Shown: piece by piece, positions 1-7,828 of the stretch
Position numbering within the stretch: position 1 is the stretch's first letter
Layout of the letters: the number at the start of each line of letters is the position of its first letter
IMG/VR virus record: IMGVR_UViG_2609459852_000016
From: a virus
Taxonomy: Duplodnaviria > Heunggongvirae > Uroviricota > Caudoviricetes
Reading direction: 5' to 3' (one strand)
DNA: 18,148 nt
Notes under the pieces: generated by a model
What the model saw: the letters and a program-made list of their open reading frames with translations, nothing else
Database searches by the model: none
What the model was told of the DNA's origin: nothing
Translations under genes and position numbers: made by a program

Positions 1-507
1 ATGGAAAAGTTTTCATTGGAGTTCAAAAAGGTAGTATCAGAAAAGTACCTGGAGGGAGAGTTGAGTCTGAAATCTGTAGCAAGGATGTACGGTATCAGTC
101 CCTGCACAGTAAGAAAATGGGCTTATGCCTATCGGGAACATGGGATAAGCATACTTACGGGTAAAAAAGGACGCTATTCTGCTGAGTTAAAACTCACAGT
201 AGTAAAAGAAGTCGTGGATGACTGTTTTTCTGTTCGTGAAGTAGCGGTAAAACACGGAATACCAGCCTTTGGTACTGTATGCAACTGGCTTGAAAAATAT
301 AGAAAATATGGCGAAGATGCTTTCATTCGAAAAAATAAAAAGAGTATTCCTGTACCGGATAAAAGCGCCATTTCAGCACCACCACTACCAACATTAACCA
401 AAGATGAGAGAGAAGAACTTGAACAACTCAGGGTCGAGAATGCCTACTTAAAAAAGCTGAAAGCCTTGGTTCAGCAGAAAACATGCTCAACGTTCAGGAA
501 AAAGTGA
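1..507 (+). CDS. IS3-family transposase OrfA (HTH DNA-binding, leucine-zipper-like C-terminus)
   Basis: ATG at 1, stop TGA 505..507. C-terminal LEQLRVENAYLKKLKAL heptad-like segment is typical of IS3 OrfA proteins. Confidence 0.85.
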   Translation: MEKFSLEFKKVVSEKYLEGELSLKSVARMYGISPCTVRKWAYAYREHGISILTGKKGRYSAELKLTVVKEVVDDCFSVREVAVKHGIPAFGTVCNWLEKYRKYGEDAFIRKNKKSIPVPDKSAISAPPLPTLTKDEREELEQLRVENAYLKKLKALVQQKTCSTFRKK

Positions 508-1346
508 GCATTGTGAATGAACTAAGGCAGGAATGGCCATTATCCCGATTGTTAATTGTTTCCGGGCTGCCCCGGAGTACATTTTACTATCATGTCAGAC
601 GGCTTGCTGCTCCTGACCGGTATCAGTCTGCCAGAGCGCTTGTGCTGAAAATTTATCACCAGCACAAAGGCCGCTATGGTTACAGACGCATCAGGCTGGC
701 ATGTCGTAACGAGGGGGTTTTACTTAATGGTAAAACCGTCAGAAAACTGATGAAGGAACTGGGTATTAGCAGCCTGATCCGCGTTAAAAAATACCGTTCA
801 TATAAAGGAGAACAAGGACGAATTTGCGATAATCTCCTGAAACGCAATTTTGATGCAAAACGCCCCAACGAGAAGTGGGTTACAGATGTCACTGAATTTA
901 AAGTGAATGGCAAGAAGCTGTATTTGTCGCCCATCATGGATCTTTATAATGGAGAAATAATTTCCTATAACCTCGCCACTCGCCCTCAACCTTCAATGGT
1001 GCAGACTATGCTTACGGATGCGCTGAAACAGCTGTCGAAAGATGAACACCCCATACTGCACAGCGATCAAGGTTGGCAATATCAGATGTCCCGGTGGCAA
1101 CGATGGTTAAAGGATAGCGGTATAGTCCAGAGTATGTCTCGCCGGGGAAATTGTCTTGATAATGCAGTTATAGAGAGCTTTTTTGGAACATTGAAATCAG
1201 AATGTTATTACCTCAATGAATATAAAAATGTGGAGGACTTAAAGCGAGACATCATTGATTACATAAACTATTATAATCAATTGAGGATAAAGGAAAAACT
1301 TGGCGGTCTTAGCCCGGTACAATATCGATTGAGTCAGGCTGCATAA
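483..1346 (+). CDS. IS3-family transposase OrfB (DDE catalytic domain), probably expressed as an OrfAB fusion by -1 frameshift
   Basis: ORF in the -1 frame relative to orfA. Slippery run G AAA AAG at 498..504 sits immediately before the orfA stop. DDE motif residues are present. Confidence 0.85.
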   Translation: MLNVQEKVSIVNELRQEWPLSRLLIVSGLPRSTFYYHVRRLAAPDRYQSARALVLKIYHQHKGRYGYRRIRLACRNEGVLLNGKTVRKLMKELGISSLIRVKKYRSYKGEQGRICDNLLKRNFDAKRPNEKWVTDVTEFKVNGKKLYLSPIMDLYNGEIISYNLATRPQPSMVQTMLTDALKQLSKDEHPILHSDQGWQYQMSRWQRWLKDSGIVQSMSRRGNCLDNAVIESFFGTLKSECYYLNEYKNVEDLKRDIIDYINYYNQLRIKEKLGGLSPVQYRLSQAA

Positions 1347-1373
1347 GTTGTCCAAGATCTGGGGCGCAGTTCA
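1347..1373 (+). repeat. Right terminal inverted repeat of the IS element
   Basis: Sequence gttgtccaagatctggggcgcagttca ends in CA; homology of the interrupted gene M breaks exactly here. Confidence 0.6.
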
Positions 1374-1586
1374 AAATGCGCGGACGCCACCGTGCCGTTC
1401 CAGAAAGGCTTTTAAAGATGGGTGTTCACATTTACGAACACGTATCGTCACGCTGTAAGTTGACAACTGGTTATTCAGTCCCGCCGCACGACGCTGTTCA
1501 TAACCATCGCCCAGCTTCACTGTCACCACTTTCGGCTCTGATACCACATTCATATCCGGGCGCACTTTCCAGTGAAACGTCTCCAT
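1371..1586 (-). pseudogene. M: Minor tail protein M (lambda gpM-like), truncated by the IS insertion
   Basis: Translation METFHWKVRPDMNVVSEPKVVTVKLGDGYEQRRAAGLNNQLSTYSVTIRVRK...HGGVRAF matches lambda gpM (MKTFRWKVKPGMDVASVPSVRKVRFGDGYSQRAPAGLNANLKTYSVTLSV...HGGWKSF, from memory). The reading frame ends in a TGA formed by the first three bases of the IS terminus. About 70 of roughly 109 codons remain. Confidence 0.7.
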
Positions 1587-4500
1587 TACCGATATGCTCC
1601 ACTTAACCGACCACCATCACGGGCCTGCTGTTGCATAAAGTCCGCTGCCGCTTTTTTCCCAAGGTCATAAACCACCTTCAGGGCAGCCGGACCTATCTGC
1701 CCGTTCGTGCCATCGTTATTGATCTCGATGTTGTACTGCGGGGCAAACATCGCCATACCTGAACCACCAATATCCGCCACAACCCCCAGCTTACCGTCAG
1801 CACCACGACGCAGAGGCAGAATGGCTTCAGGTCCCGCTTCACCCATCACACCCGCGCCTTTTGCAAAAGCAAAAAACGTCGGACGGTTAACCACCGTGCC
1901 ACTGTAACGACTCAAATCAGCAGACTGATAAATCCCCCCATTGGCATTCAGGGAAAGGCTGCTGAGATCAAATCCCAGTACACTGCCAATCCCTTTTATC
2001 GATTTCATCATGGTTGCCTGCGCCAGGATTTTCGCCATATCTGACAGCACAGAAGAGGTGAAGGATTTGAAATTGAGTTTGCCGGTAGTGACAAAAGTTG
2101 CCAGGCCATTTCCCATGTTGCTGAAGGCTGACGAGAACACCTGTTCTGCTGTTCCTGCCGTATTATCTGCATCCACGGTAAAATCCTGAAATGCACGCAG
2201 GACTCCGTTTTTCCAGTTACCCTGCACAACTTCAAGCTGTTGCCAGTAACGGCGATTCTCATTCAGTTGTCGGTTCAGGCTCTCCGTCAGCGCCTGCTCG
2301 GCCTTTCTGTAGTCATCCGTGTTATATGTCCCTTTCTGCTCACTATCCCGCCTCAACTGCTCCAGCTGTTGCTGGTATTTCTGGCGAAGACTCAGTTGTA
2401 CCTGATATCGCTGCCGCTGCTGATCACCCATACCCACCGTGGCGATATCCAGGTCATGTTGCTGACGCTGAGCGCGCTCTTCTTCAGCCAGTTGACTGGT
2501 CAGCTGAATTGTTTTTTTCTTCAGATCGTTGAGTGCCGTCTGTTTCTGAAGCTCCTGCTGTTTTACATCCAGCAGCGTCAGTGCCTGAATCAGTTCATCT
2601 TTACGGGCCAGCACACTCTTTTCATCTGCCGTCAGTTTTTTCCCGTCCAGATCGCTGATGCGCTGCTGCAGAGCCAGAAGCTGTTTATGCGCTTCTGTCA
2701 TCTTTTCAGTGGCAATGCCTGCTGACTGTCTTGCAGCAGCAATCTGTCCTTCCACCTGTGCCTGTTGCTGACTGTACTGCAGCAATAACCGGGTGGCCTC
2801 ATCATTACGGGTTTCGCGTGTTTTTTTCTTACCGGATGCCAGGGCTTTCTCGTAACGTTCATTTTCACGTTGTATCGCTGCATCCCTGACAGCCTGATCG
2901 GCGTACTGCATGGAATTAATACGCGCAATTTCACGCTGATGTCGTGCTGCTTCCGTTTCATTCATCCGGTTCAGTGCAGCATTTTCAGCATTACGTCGTT
3001 TCTGTTGCTCCTGATAATTCCGCTCTGCCTGCTCTTTTGCATCCTGCAAATCCTTCTGGCGTTTTTTCTCCTGAAGATCGTTAAGACGCTGCTGATCGTA
3101 TTCAACCTGAGAAGATGATGCCGTCCAGGGGAGTCTTTTCGCCCGCGACACTTTCTCCTGTAAAGCGGCAATCTGTTCATCCAGCGAGTCTTCACGACCA
3201 ATATTCATGGCCGCATCCCAGAAACGACTCCACAAATCAGACAGATACTTCAGCGTACTGCCAAGCGCATTGAGGTTATCATCAATATCCGCAGTACGCC
3301 GACCGGTTTCCTCTGCCAGTGCAGACATGGCTATCCGTGCAGCATCACTGGACCGTCCCTGATCCCCAAGGACACGTATCTGCTCAAGCTGAGTGGCAGT
3401 AAGAAAATGCAGCTCATTGTCCAGAGCCTTCGCGGCATTTACAGGATCATCCTTCAGCCGCTTAAACTGATTTATGGTATCGCTGACCGACTGGCCAACC
3501 GATCGCTCCATCTGTGCGGCAGCTCTCGCCACCATACCGATATCGTTTCCACGAAATGCACCACTCCCCACCACCTGAGCCAGCGCACCGGCTGCAGCAT
3601 GTTGCGTGATACCATTCCCGGAAATAGCACGACTGAGCGTCCACAGCTGCCCGGCAGTGACTCCGGCATAATGCCCCGTCAGCGACAACTGGCGGTTAAA
3701 TTCTTCCCCCTCCTTCTGACCGTCATACCAGGCTTTACCCAGACCATAGACGGACGCGGCAATACCGCCAATAACCCCGCCAAGCATCATGCCTTTCGGT
3801 GACATCAGAGTGTCTATCCATCCGGCACGGTTAGCCAGCGTTATCCCGGATCCCCTCAGCGCCCCTAAATTGCCGCGGGCCAGTTCACCTATCAGAACGC
3901 CTATCTCCTGGCGGGCCGCTGCACTTTTCAGACCCAGCGAATGCGTGGCTTTTCCTGCCTGCTCCATTTTGCGGATATACACTTCTGCAGCACTGCTTAC
4001 CCCCAGCTGGGCAGCCTTAGCACGAAGCAACTCAGAAGAAGAAAGATTCTGGCGGGTTGCCTGCTCTTTAAGCTGACGGATAAACGCCACTTTCTGTCGG
4101 GTAGCCTCTTCCTCAGCCTGCGTAAGAACACGGGTTTTCGCCGTAACCTCAGAAATCAGCGCCAGATAATCCTGCTGACCAATCCCGCCACTGTTTCTGG
4201 CCTGTCGGATCTGCTGCTGAATACGCTGTAATTCCTGCAGCCCCGCACTGGCCTGTTTCACACTGTCAATCTGACGATAAAACGCGGCAGCCGCTTTATC
4301 CTGAGCCTCCGCCAGAGCCATGGCCTGCGCCTGTTCCTCGCGCATTTTCTGGCTCAGTGCCTCCATACGCTGGCGGGTTTGCTCCACCTCGCGGGCCATG
4401 CGTTCATGAGCCTGTGCGCTCTTCTCCACCGTCTGCGCATGGACGGATGCGGCTGTTGCAGCCGAAGAAGCCGCCTGCATTGTCTGCCGGGCGGCCTGAG

Positions 4501-4651
4501 TCTGACGCTCCATAAAACGCTGCATACGGGCAGAAGACCGTTCTGCATCGCTGGCTGCACCATTCAGAAGGTTTTTGATACGGGGAATTTCATTTTTAAA
4601 CTCTGCCGCATCAATCCCCAAATCAATGACCAGGTTGGCTATCTGGTCCAT
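1586..4651 (-). CDS. H: Tail tape measure protein (lambda gpH-like)
   Basis: N-terminus MDQIANLVIDLGIDAAEFKNE and C-terminus EINNDGTNGQIGPAALKVVYDL resemble lambda gpH. ATG at 4651 is preceded by GGAGG; the track start at 4681 is a TTG. Stop TAA overlaps the M start (TAATG). Confidence 0.9.
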   Translation of the reverse strand: MDQIANLVIDLGIDAAEFKNEIPRIKNLLNGAASDAERSSARMQRFMERQTQAARQTMQAASSAATAASVHAQTVEKSAQAHERMAREVEQTRQRMEALSQKMREEQAQAMALAEAQDKAAAAFYRQIDSVKQASAGLQELQRIQQQIRQARNSGGIGQQDYLALISEVTAKTRVLTQAEEEATRQKVAFIRQLKEQATRQNLSSSELLRAKAAQLGVSSAAEVYIRKMEQAGKATHSLGLKSAAARQEIGVLIGELARGNLGALRGSGITLANRAGWIDTLMSPKGMMLGGVIGGIAASVYGLGKAWYDGQKEGEEFNRQLSLTGHYAGVTAGQLWTLSRAISGNGITQHAAAGALAQVVGSGAFRGNDIGMVARAAAQMERSVGQSVSDTINQFKRLKDDPVNAAKALDNELHFLTATQLEQIRVLGDQGRSSDAARIAMSALAEETGRRTADIDDNLNALGSTLKYLSDLWSRFWDAAMNIGREDSLDEQIAALQEKVSRAKRLPWTASSSQVEYDQQRLNDLQEKKRQKDLQDAKEQAERNYQEQQKRRNAENAALNRMNETEAARHQREIARINSMQYADQAVRDAAIQRENERYEKALASGKKKTRETRNDEATRLLLQYSQQQAQVEGQIAAARQSAGIATEKMTEAHKQLLALQQRISDLDGKKLTADEKSVLARKDELIQALTLLDVKQQELQKQTALNDLKKKTIQLTSQLAEEERAQRQQHDLDIATVGMGDQQRQRYQVQLSLRQKYQQQLEQLRRDSEQKGTYNTDDYRKAEQALTESLNRQLNENRRYWQQLEVVQGNWKNGVLRAFQDFTVDADNTAGTAEQVFSSAFSNMGNGLATFVTTGKLNFKSFTSSVLSDMAKILAQATMMKSIKGIGSVLGFDLSSLSLNANGGIYQSADLSRYSGTVVNRPTFFAFAKGAGVMGEAGPEAILPLRRGADGKLGVVADIGGSGMAMFAPQYNIEINNDGTNGQIGPAALKVVYDLGKKAAADFMQQQARDGGRLSGAYR

Positions 4652-5350
4652 AACGCACACCTCCGGAAATACCTTCCCCAAGATGCATCAGTTCTTCGTC
4701 CGTTCGCTCCGGTATCCCGTTCTCTTCCGGTAAAAGGCTGAAATCAGCCACCGCAGCATCACTGCTACCGGACACCATTCTCACGATCAATGCCTTCAGC
4801 GAGGCAAACTGCGCATCCATCCACACATCACTGAAGCTCTGCATCCGGAAATAATCGCCCCACTCACCAAGCTCAGTGGCCGACATTTCCGACAGCATCC
4901 GCCGCCAGTCTGCCCGCCGGAACTCCCGGGCAAGCCGCATGACAAACTGCATTTCCCGCGTCAGGACTTTTCCGGCGTCAGCACCTCATGCTCCAAATCC
5001 CCGGCATTCTCAATGACTCCCATACCGCTCAGCGACAGAACCATCTCCGCCCCCGCTCCCAGGGCATCATACGACCATGTTGTAATAACGGATGCGCAAA
5101 GCGTCTCAACATCCTGAGACTGTTCCGCATTCCACAGTGAGCGGGAAACCAGCCAGGCATTGATATCCATCCCCATCCGCAGAAAAGCAATCTGTCGTTC
5201 AGCCTCCGGCAGTTCTCCCTCTTCGGCATCAAACTTTGCCGTTCGCTGCTGAACAAACGCCAGATATTCAATTCTCTGCAGCCCGGACAGCTCACTGAGC
5301 ACCACGGACTGCTTTTCATAATTAAACGTGCCCTGTTTCAGAAACATCAT
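4623..5350 (-). CDS. Tail assembly chaperone GT fusion, made by programmed -1 frameshift near the end of G
   Basis: The T-frame ORF (4623..4952) lies in the -1 frame relative to G and overlaps its 3-prime end. Candidate slip site GGAAAAG (plus-strand 4967..4973, read on minus) is analogous to lambda GGGAAAG. The T frame is closed by a stop 13 nt upstream of the slip site. Confidence 0.6.
4961..5350 (-). CDS. G: Tail assembly chaperone G (lambda gpG-like)
   Basis: MMFLKQGTFNYEKQSVVLSELSGLQRIEYLA resembles lambda gpG (MFLKTESFEHNGVTVTLSELSALQRIEHLA). ATG at 5350 (or 5347) is preceded by GGTGGAG; the track start at 5389 is a TTG. Confidence 0.8.
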   Translation of the reverse strand: MMFLKQGTFNYEKQSVVLSELSGLQRIEYLAFVQQRTAKFDAEEGELPEAERQIAFLRMGMDINAWLVSRSLWNAEQSQDVETLCASVITTWSYDALGAGAEMVLSLSGMGVIENAGDLEHEVLTPEKS

Positions 5351-5363
5351 GTTCTCCACCTGC

Positions 5364-5387
5364 AAAAAAGCCCCGGATAACCGGGGC
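5364..5387 (-). terminator. Intrinsic terminator between major tail gene V and G
   Basis: On the minus strand: GCCCCGG-UUAU-CCGGGGC (7-bp GC stem) followed by UUUUUU, lying between the V stop (5408) and the G SD/start (5350). Confidence 0.65.
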
Positions 5388-5407
5388 AAATGATGAGTAT
5401 CGTCCTG

Positions 5408-6151
5408 TTAACCTGCGGCGCTGACAGCCACCGCAGCCACTGCCACAAAATCGCCGTCAGAAGTCATGCCCACAATGCTGACACTGCCCTGCTTCACGCC
5501 TTTCACCGTGGCCACAAGCCCGTTCAGGGTCACCGTGGCAGTCTGTGGATCTGTCGAATGCACACTGATCGCTTTGTCACTGGCTCCGTCAGGTTTTACT
5601 GTAAAGGTCAGCGTGGTGGTTGCTCCCACTTTTACACTGGCAGATGCCGGTGCCACCGTCAGCCCGGTAACGCTCACTGTTTCAGTGCCTTCCTCTGCCA
5701 GATACGGACGCCCCACACCGCTGATTTTCACTGTGCGGGTCATCACGTCTTTTGAGGCAATGGTTTTACCCAGTGAGCTCAGCCAGCCACGGAAAACATC
5801 AACAGTGCCGTTGGGATATTTGATACGAAACGCGCAGACTTCACCGGAGTCGAACAACTGAACCAGTTTTTTCTGCCCGCTGTCACCCGGACGCCAGGCC
5901 AGCGTCGCCGAAGTATCACCGACGGATTTCTGCCCCTGGGTTGTCGTTTTCCAGTCTGCATCTTCATCATCGAGATAAGTGTCATCTTCTGCATCAGCGG
6001 TCATTTCGCCAGGTTGCAGATCCTTCACCATCGCAAGACGCAGCCAGTCAGTGTCCGATAAAGGGTTCGCAAACGCATCGCCCTTGCCGGTGTACATCCA
6101 GAACGTCGTTCCCGCACCTTTCGTTTTTGCCAGTGGATTTGGTGTGGTCAT
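5408..6151 (-). CDS. V: Major tail protein V (lambda gpV-like) with C-terminal Ig-like domain
   Basis: MTTPNPLAKTKGAGTTFWMY...YLDDEDADW...NGTVDVFRGW matches lambda gpV. ATG at 6151 is preceded by AGGAGG; the track start at 6157 is a GTG. Confidence 0.9.
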   Translation of the reverse strand: MTTPNPLAKTKGAGTTFWMYTGKGDAFANPLSDTDWLRLAMVKDLQPGEMTADAEDDTYLDDEDADWKTTTQGQKSVGDTSATLAWRPGDSGQKKLVQLFDSGEVCAFRIKYPNGTVDVFRGWLSSLGKTIASKDVMTRTVKISGVGRPYLAEEGTETVSVTGLTVAPASASVKVGATTTLTFTVKPDGASDKAISVHSTDPQTATVTLNGLVATVKGVKQGSVSIVGMTSDGDFVAVAAVAVSAAG

Positions 6152-6162
6152 TGCCACCTCCT

Positions 6163-6564
6163 TTAATTCGTGTACGTGATCTGGTACGTGATTTCCGCCA
6201 TCGCCCAGGTGGCCATCTCATTATCACGTTGATAGTTAAAACCGAGAGGGATCAGGGTGTCGATGAGTCCGGAAAGTGCCGGTATATCATTCAGGGCCGG
6301 GAAAATGGTGCTCTCCATCCACATATCCAGCTCTGAATCCGGTGCCTGTGCCCGGATGAAGACAGCAATATGCAGAACAGCCTGCCAGTCATCTTCATCC
6401 GTCATTTTTCCGGTGTACTGAGCATCACTCAGCCACACCGCCACGGCAGGCAGTTCCTGCGCATCAATAAATGCCGGAAGCCCGTCAAAAAACGTGGCGC
6501 TGTCTCCACACTGTTCCCGAAGGCGTGCCAGTACGGCCTGGCGGATTTGTGTATGTCGGTTCAT
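6163..6564 (-). CDS. U: Tail terminator protein U (lambda gpU-like)
   Basis: MNRHTQIRQAVLARL...ATFFDG...PAVAVWL...DSELDMWMES matches lambda gpU. Start ATG overlaps the Z stop (ATGA). Confidence 0.85.
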   Translation of the reverse strand: MNRHTQIRQAVLARLREQCGDSATFFDGLPAFIDAQELPAVAVWLSDAQYTGKMTDEDDWQAVLHIAVFIRAQAPDSELDMWMESTIFPALNDIPALSGLIDTLIPLGFNYQRDNEMATWAMAEITYQITYTN

Positions 6565-7139
6565 CGGGTCAGCCATAACCTCAGTTGTTGTTTCAGTGCA
6601 TACCCCAGCTGTTTCGGCATTTCCGCAGCAATAATGCGGTCGCGGGCATCTTCAAATGCCTGTGTCAGCTGTCCGGACAGCGGGACTTTCACCACATCAA
6701 TGGGGTAACGATTTTTGCCATCAATACGCCGCATCACATGCCAGCGACCATTCGCCAGTTGCTGAATAAACGCATCCCGGAAAAGATATTTACCCACCTT
6801 CAGCACACTGCCACGGTACTGCAGTTTTCCACCACGCCGGGCCAGTCTGACCCGGGCTGTCCCCAGCTTAATAGCGGGCAGATTGCCCCGGTTAACGCGG
6901 ATCCTGGCCGTCATTTTTCCTGACGGACTGGCTTTAAACACCCGGACACGCTGACGTACCAGTTTCAGGGGGATCCCTTTCACCTGGTTATCTCCCGCAA
7001 CGGTATTCCCGGCAACCTGCCGGGTGGCGACCGAGACCGCTTTCTGTGCCACACGGTTTATCGCCCATGCGCTGGCCTGTGGCACCATACGGGTATCAAG
7101 GCTGTTCAGATTACGGATGGCATTCTCAAGCCCCTTCAT
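6561..7139 (-). CDS. Z: Tail completion protein Z (lambda gpZ-like)
   Basis: MKGLENAIRNLNSLDTRMVPQASAWAINRVA...NGRWHVMRRIDGKNRYPIDVVK matches lambda gpZ; SD AGAGGTG upstream. Confidence 0.9.
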   Translation of the reverse strand: MKGLENAIRNLNSLDTRMVPQASAWAINRVAQKAVSVATRQVAGNTVAGDNQVKGIPLKLVRQRVRVFKASPSGKMTARIRVNRGNLPAIKLGTARVRLARRGGKLQYRGSVLKVGKYLFRDAFIQQLANGRWHVMRRIDGKNRYPIDVVKVPLSGQLTQAFEDARDRIIAAEMPKQLGYALKQQLRLWLTR

Positions 7140-7150
7140 CCCACACCTCT

Positions 7151-7426
7151 TTACTCAATAAAGATCATTGGCTTACCGTTAAAACGTTCATGCCGTGTGA
7201 CCGTCCATTGTTGTCCGTCATAAACAACGCGATCCCCGCGCCGTGGGCGGTATCCCGAAGAAAACACCACCAGAGAGACCGCAGGTCCGGACAGAGCATT
7301 CAGCTCTGCCAGTGTTTCTCCCGGGATCACAGTCATATCGACATCATTAATCGAGGCTGTCTTTCCCATCTTTCTAACCGTGATAGCATCCATACGCGCT
7401 GCCAGCCGGGAAAAGGGATCAGACAT
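7151..7426 (-). CDS. Head-tail joining protein (lambda FII-like)
   Basis: Sits in the FII position (before Z), about 90 aa, with weak motif similarity to lambda FII. Overlaps the upstream gene by 8 nt. Confidence 0.55.
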   Translation of the reverse strand: MSDPFSRLAARMDAITVRKMGKTASINDVDMTVIPGETLAELNALSGPAVSLVVFSSGYRPRRGDRVVYDGQQWTVTRHERFNGKPMIFIE

Positions 7427-7742
7427 TGAGTTTTACCGGCACTTCTTCTGCACTGGTTCCGGCATCTGCCCAGACAACCCCGACCAGCGGATCAGAGCCG
7501 CTGTTAGTCAGCTGAACTTTTCCGGACTTCAGATAAACCTTCTTACCCGTTTTCATGTCATCCGTTTTCAGCTTAGGCAGCATAAACACACCTTCGGTCA
7601 TGCCGTCGCCTGTTTCACCCTGTGGAATATCGGTCAGCGCCACCGCAAAAACATCGCCCACCTGCACCAGATCTCCGCTGCTGATGGCTGCACTGGCAAC
7701 AATCGCCACCGTTTTTCCTTCTTCTACAAAATTCTTTGCCAT
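7419..7742 (-). CDS. Small head-associated protein (possible DUF2190-like / head decoration), in the FI position
   Basis: ATG at 7742 with GGAG SD; 107 aa, Gly/Val-rich. Function is inferred only from position after the capsid gene. Confidence 0.5.
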   Translation of the reverse strand: MAKNFVEEGKTVAIVASAAISSGDLVQVGDVFAVALTDIPQGETGDGMTEGVFMLPKLKTDDMKTGKKVYLKSGKVQLTNSGSDPLVGVVWADAGTSAEEVPVKLNV

Positions 7743-7785
7743 AACTGTCTCCGCACAGCCCCGTTCAGGGGCTGATTTCAGGTAC

Positions 7786-7804
7786 AAAAAAAGCCCTTAC
7801 GGGC
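7786..7804 (-). terminator. Putative intrinsic terminator/attenuator immediately after the capsid gene
   Basis: Minus strand: GCCC-GUAA-GGGC (GNRA loop) followed by UUUUUUU. A second 6-bp hairpin AGCCCC-UGAAC-GGGGCU lies at 7757..7773. Confidence 0.45.
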
Positions 7805-7828
7805 CATCAGAGTTGTTGTCTGCGACGT

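Larger units (their letters stand above)
1..1373 (+). mobile_element. IS3-family insertion sequence (IS150-group-like), partial: left end lies outside the window
   Basis: Two overlapping transposase ORFs (orfA 1..507, orfB 483..1346 in the -1 frame) with a slippery run at the overlap. OrfB carries a DDE triad context (WVTDVTEF, HSDQGWQY, DNAVIESFF). Right terminus 1347..1373 ends ...CA and reads TGAACTGCGCCCCAGATCTTGGAC on the minus strand, resembling IS150-type terminal repeats as I recall them. Confidence 0.85.

Noticed and set aside
174-989. Minus-strand ORFs (174..401, 680..937, 798..989) inside the IS transposase genes
   Set aside because: Antisense to the transposase reading frames of a recognisable IS3-family element; no independent support.
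1707-4563. Many plus-strand and alternative-frame ORFs inside the tape measure gene (for example 2240..2725, 3407..3802, 3941..4231, 2008..2262)
   Set aside because: They are antisense to or out of frame with a long, well-supported tape measure ORF, have low-complexity, Leu/Arg/Cys-rich translations, and lack convincing ribosome-binding sites. They are likely artefacts of the repetitive Ala/Gln/Glu-rich coding sequence.
4651-4681. Longer tape measure start (TTG at 4681) given by the ORF track
   Set aside because: The ATG at 4651 has a strong GGAGG SD and aligns with the lambda gpH N-terminus; the 10 extra codons are unsupported.
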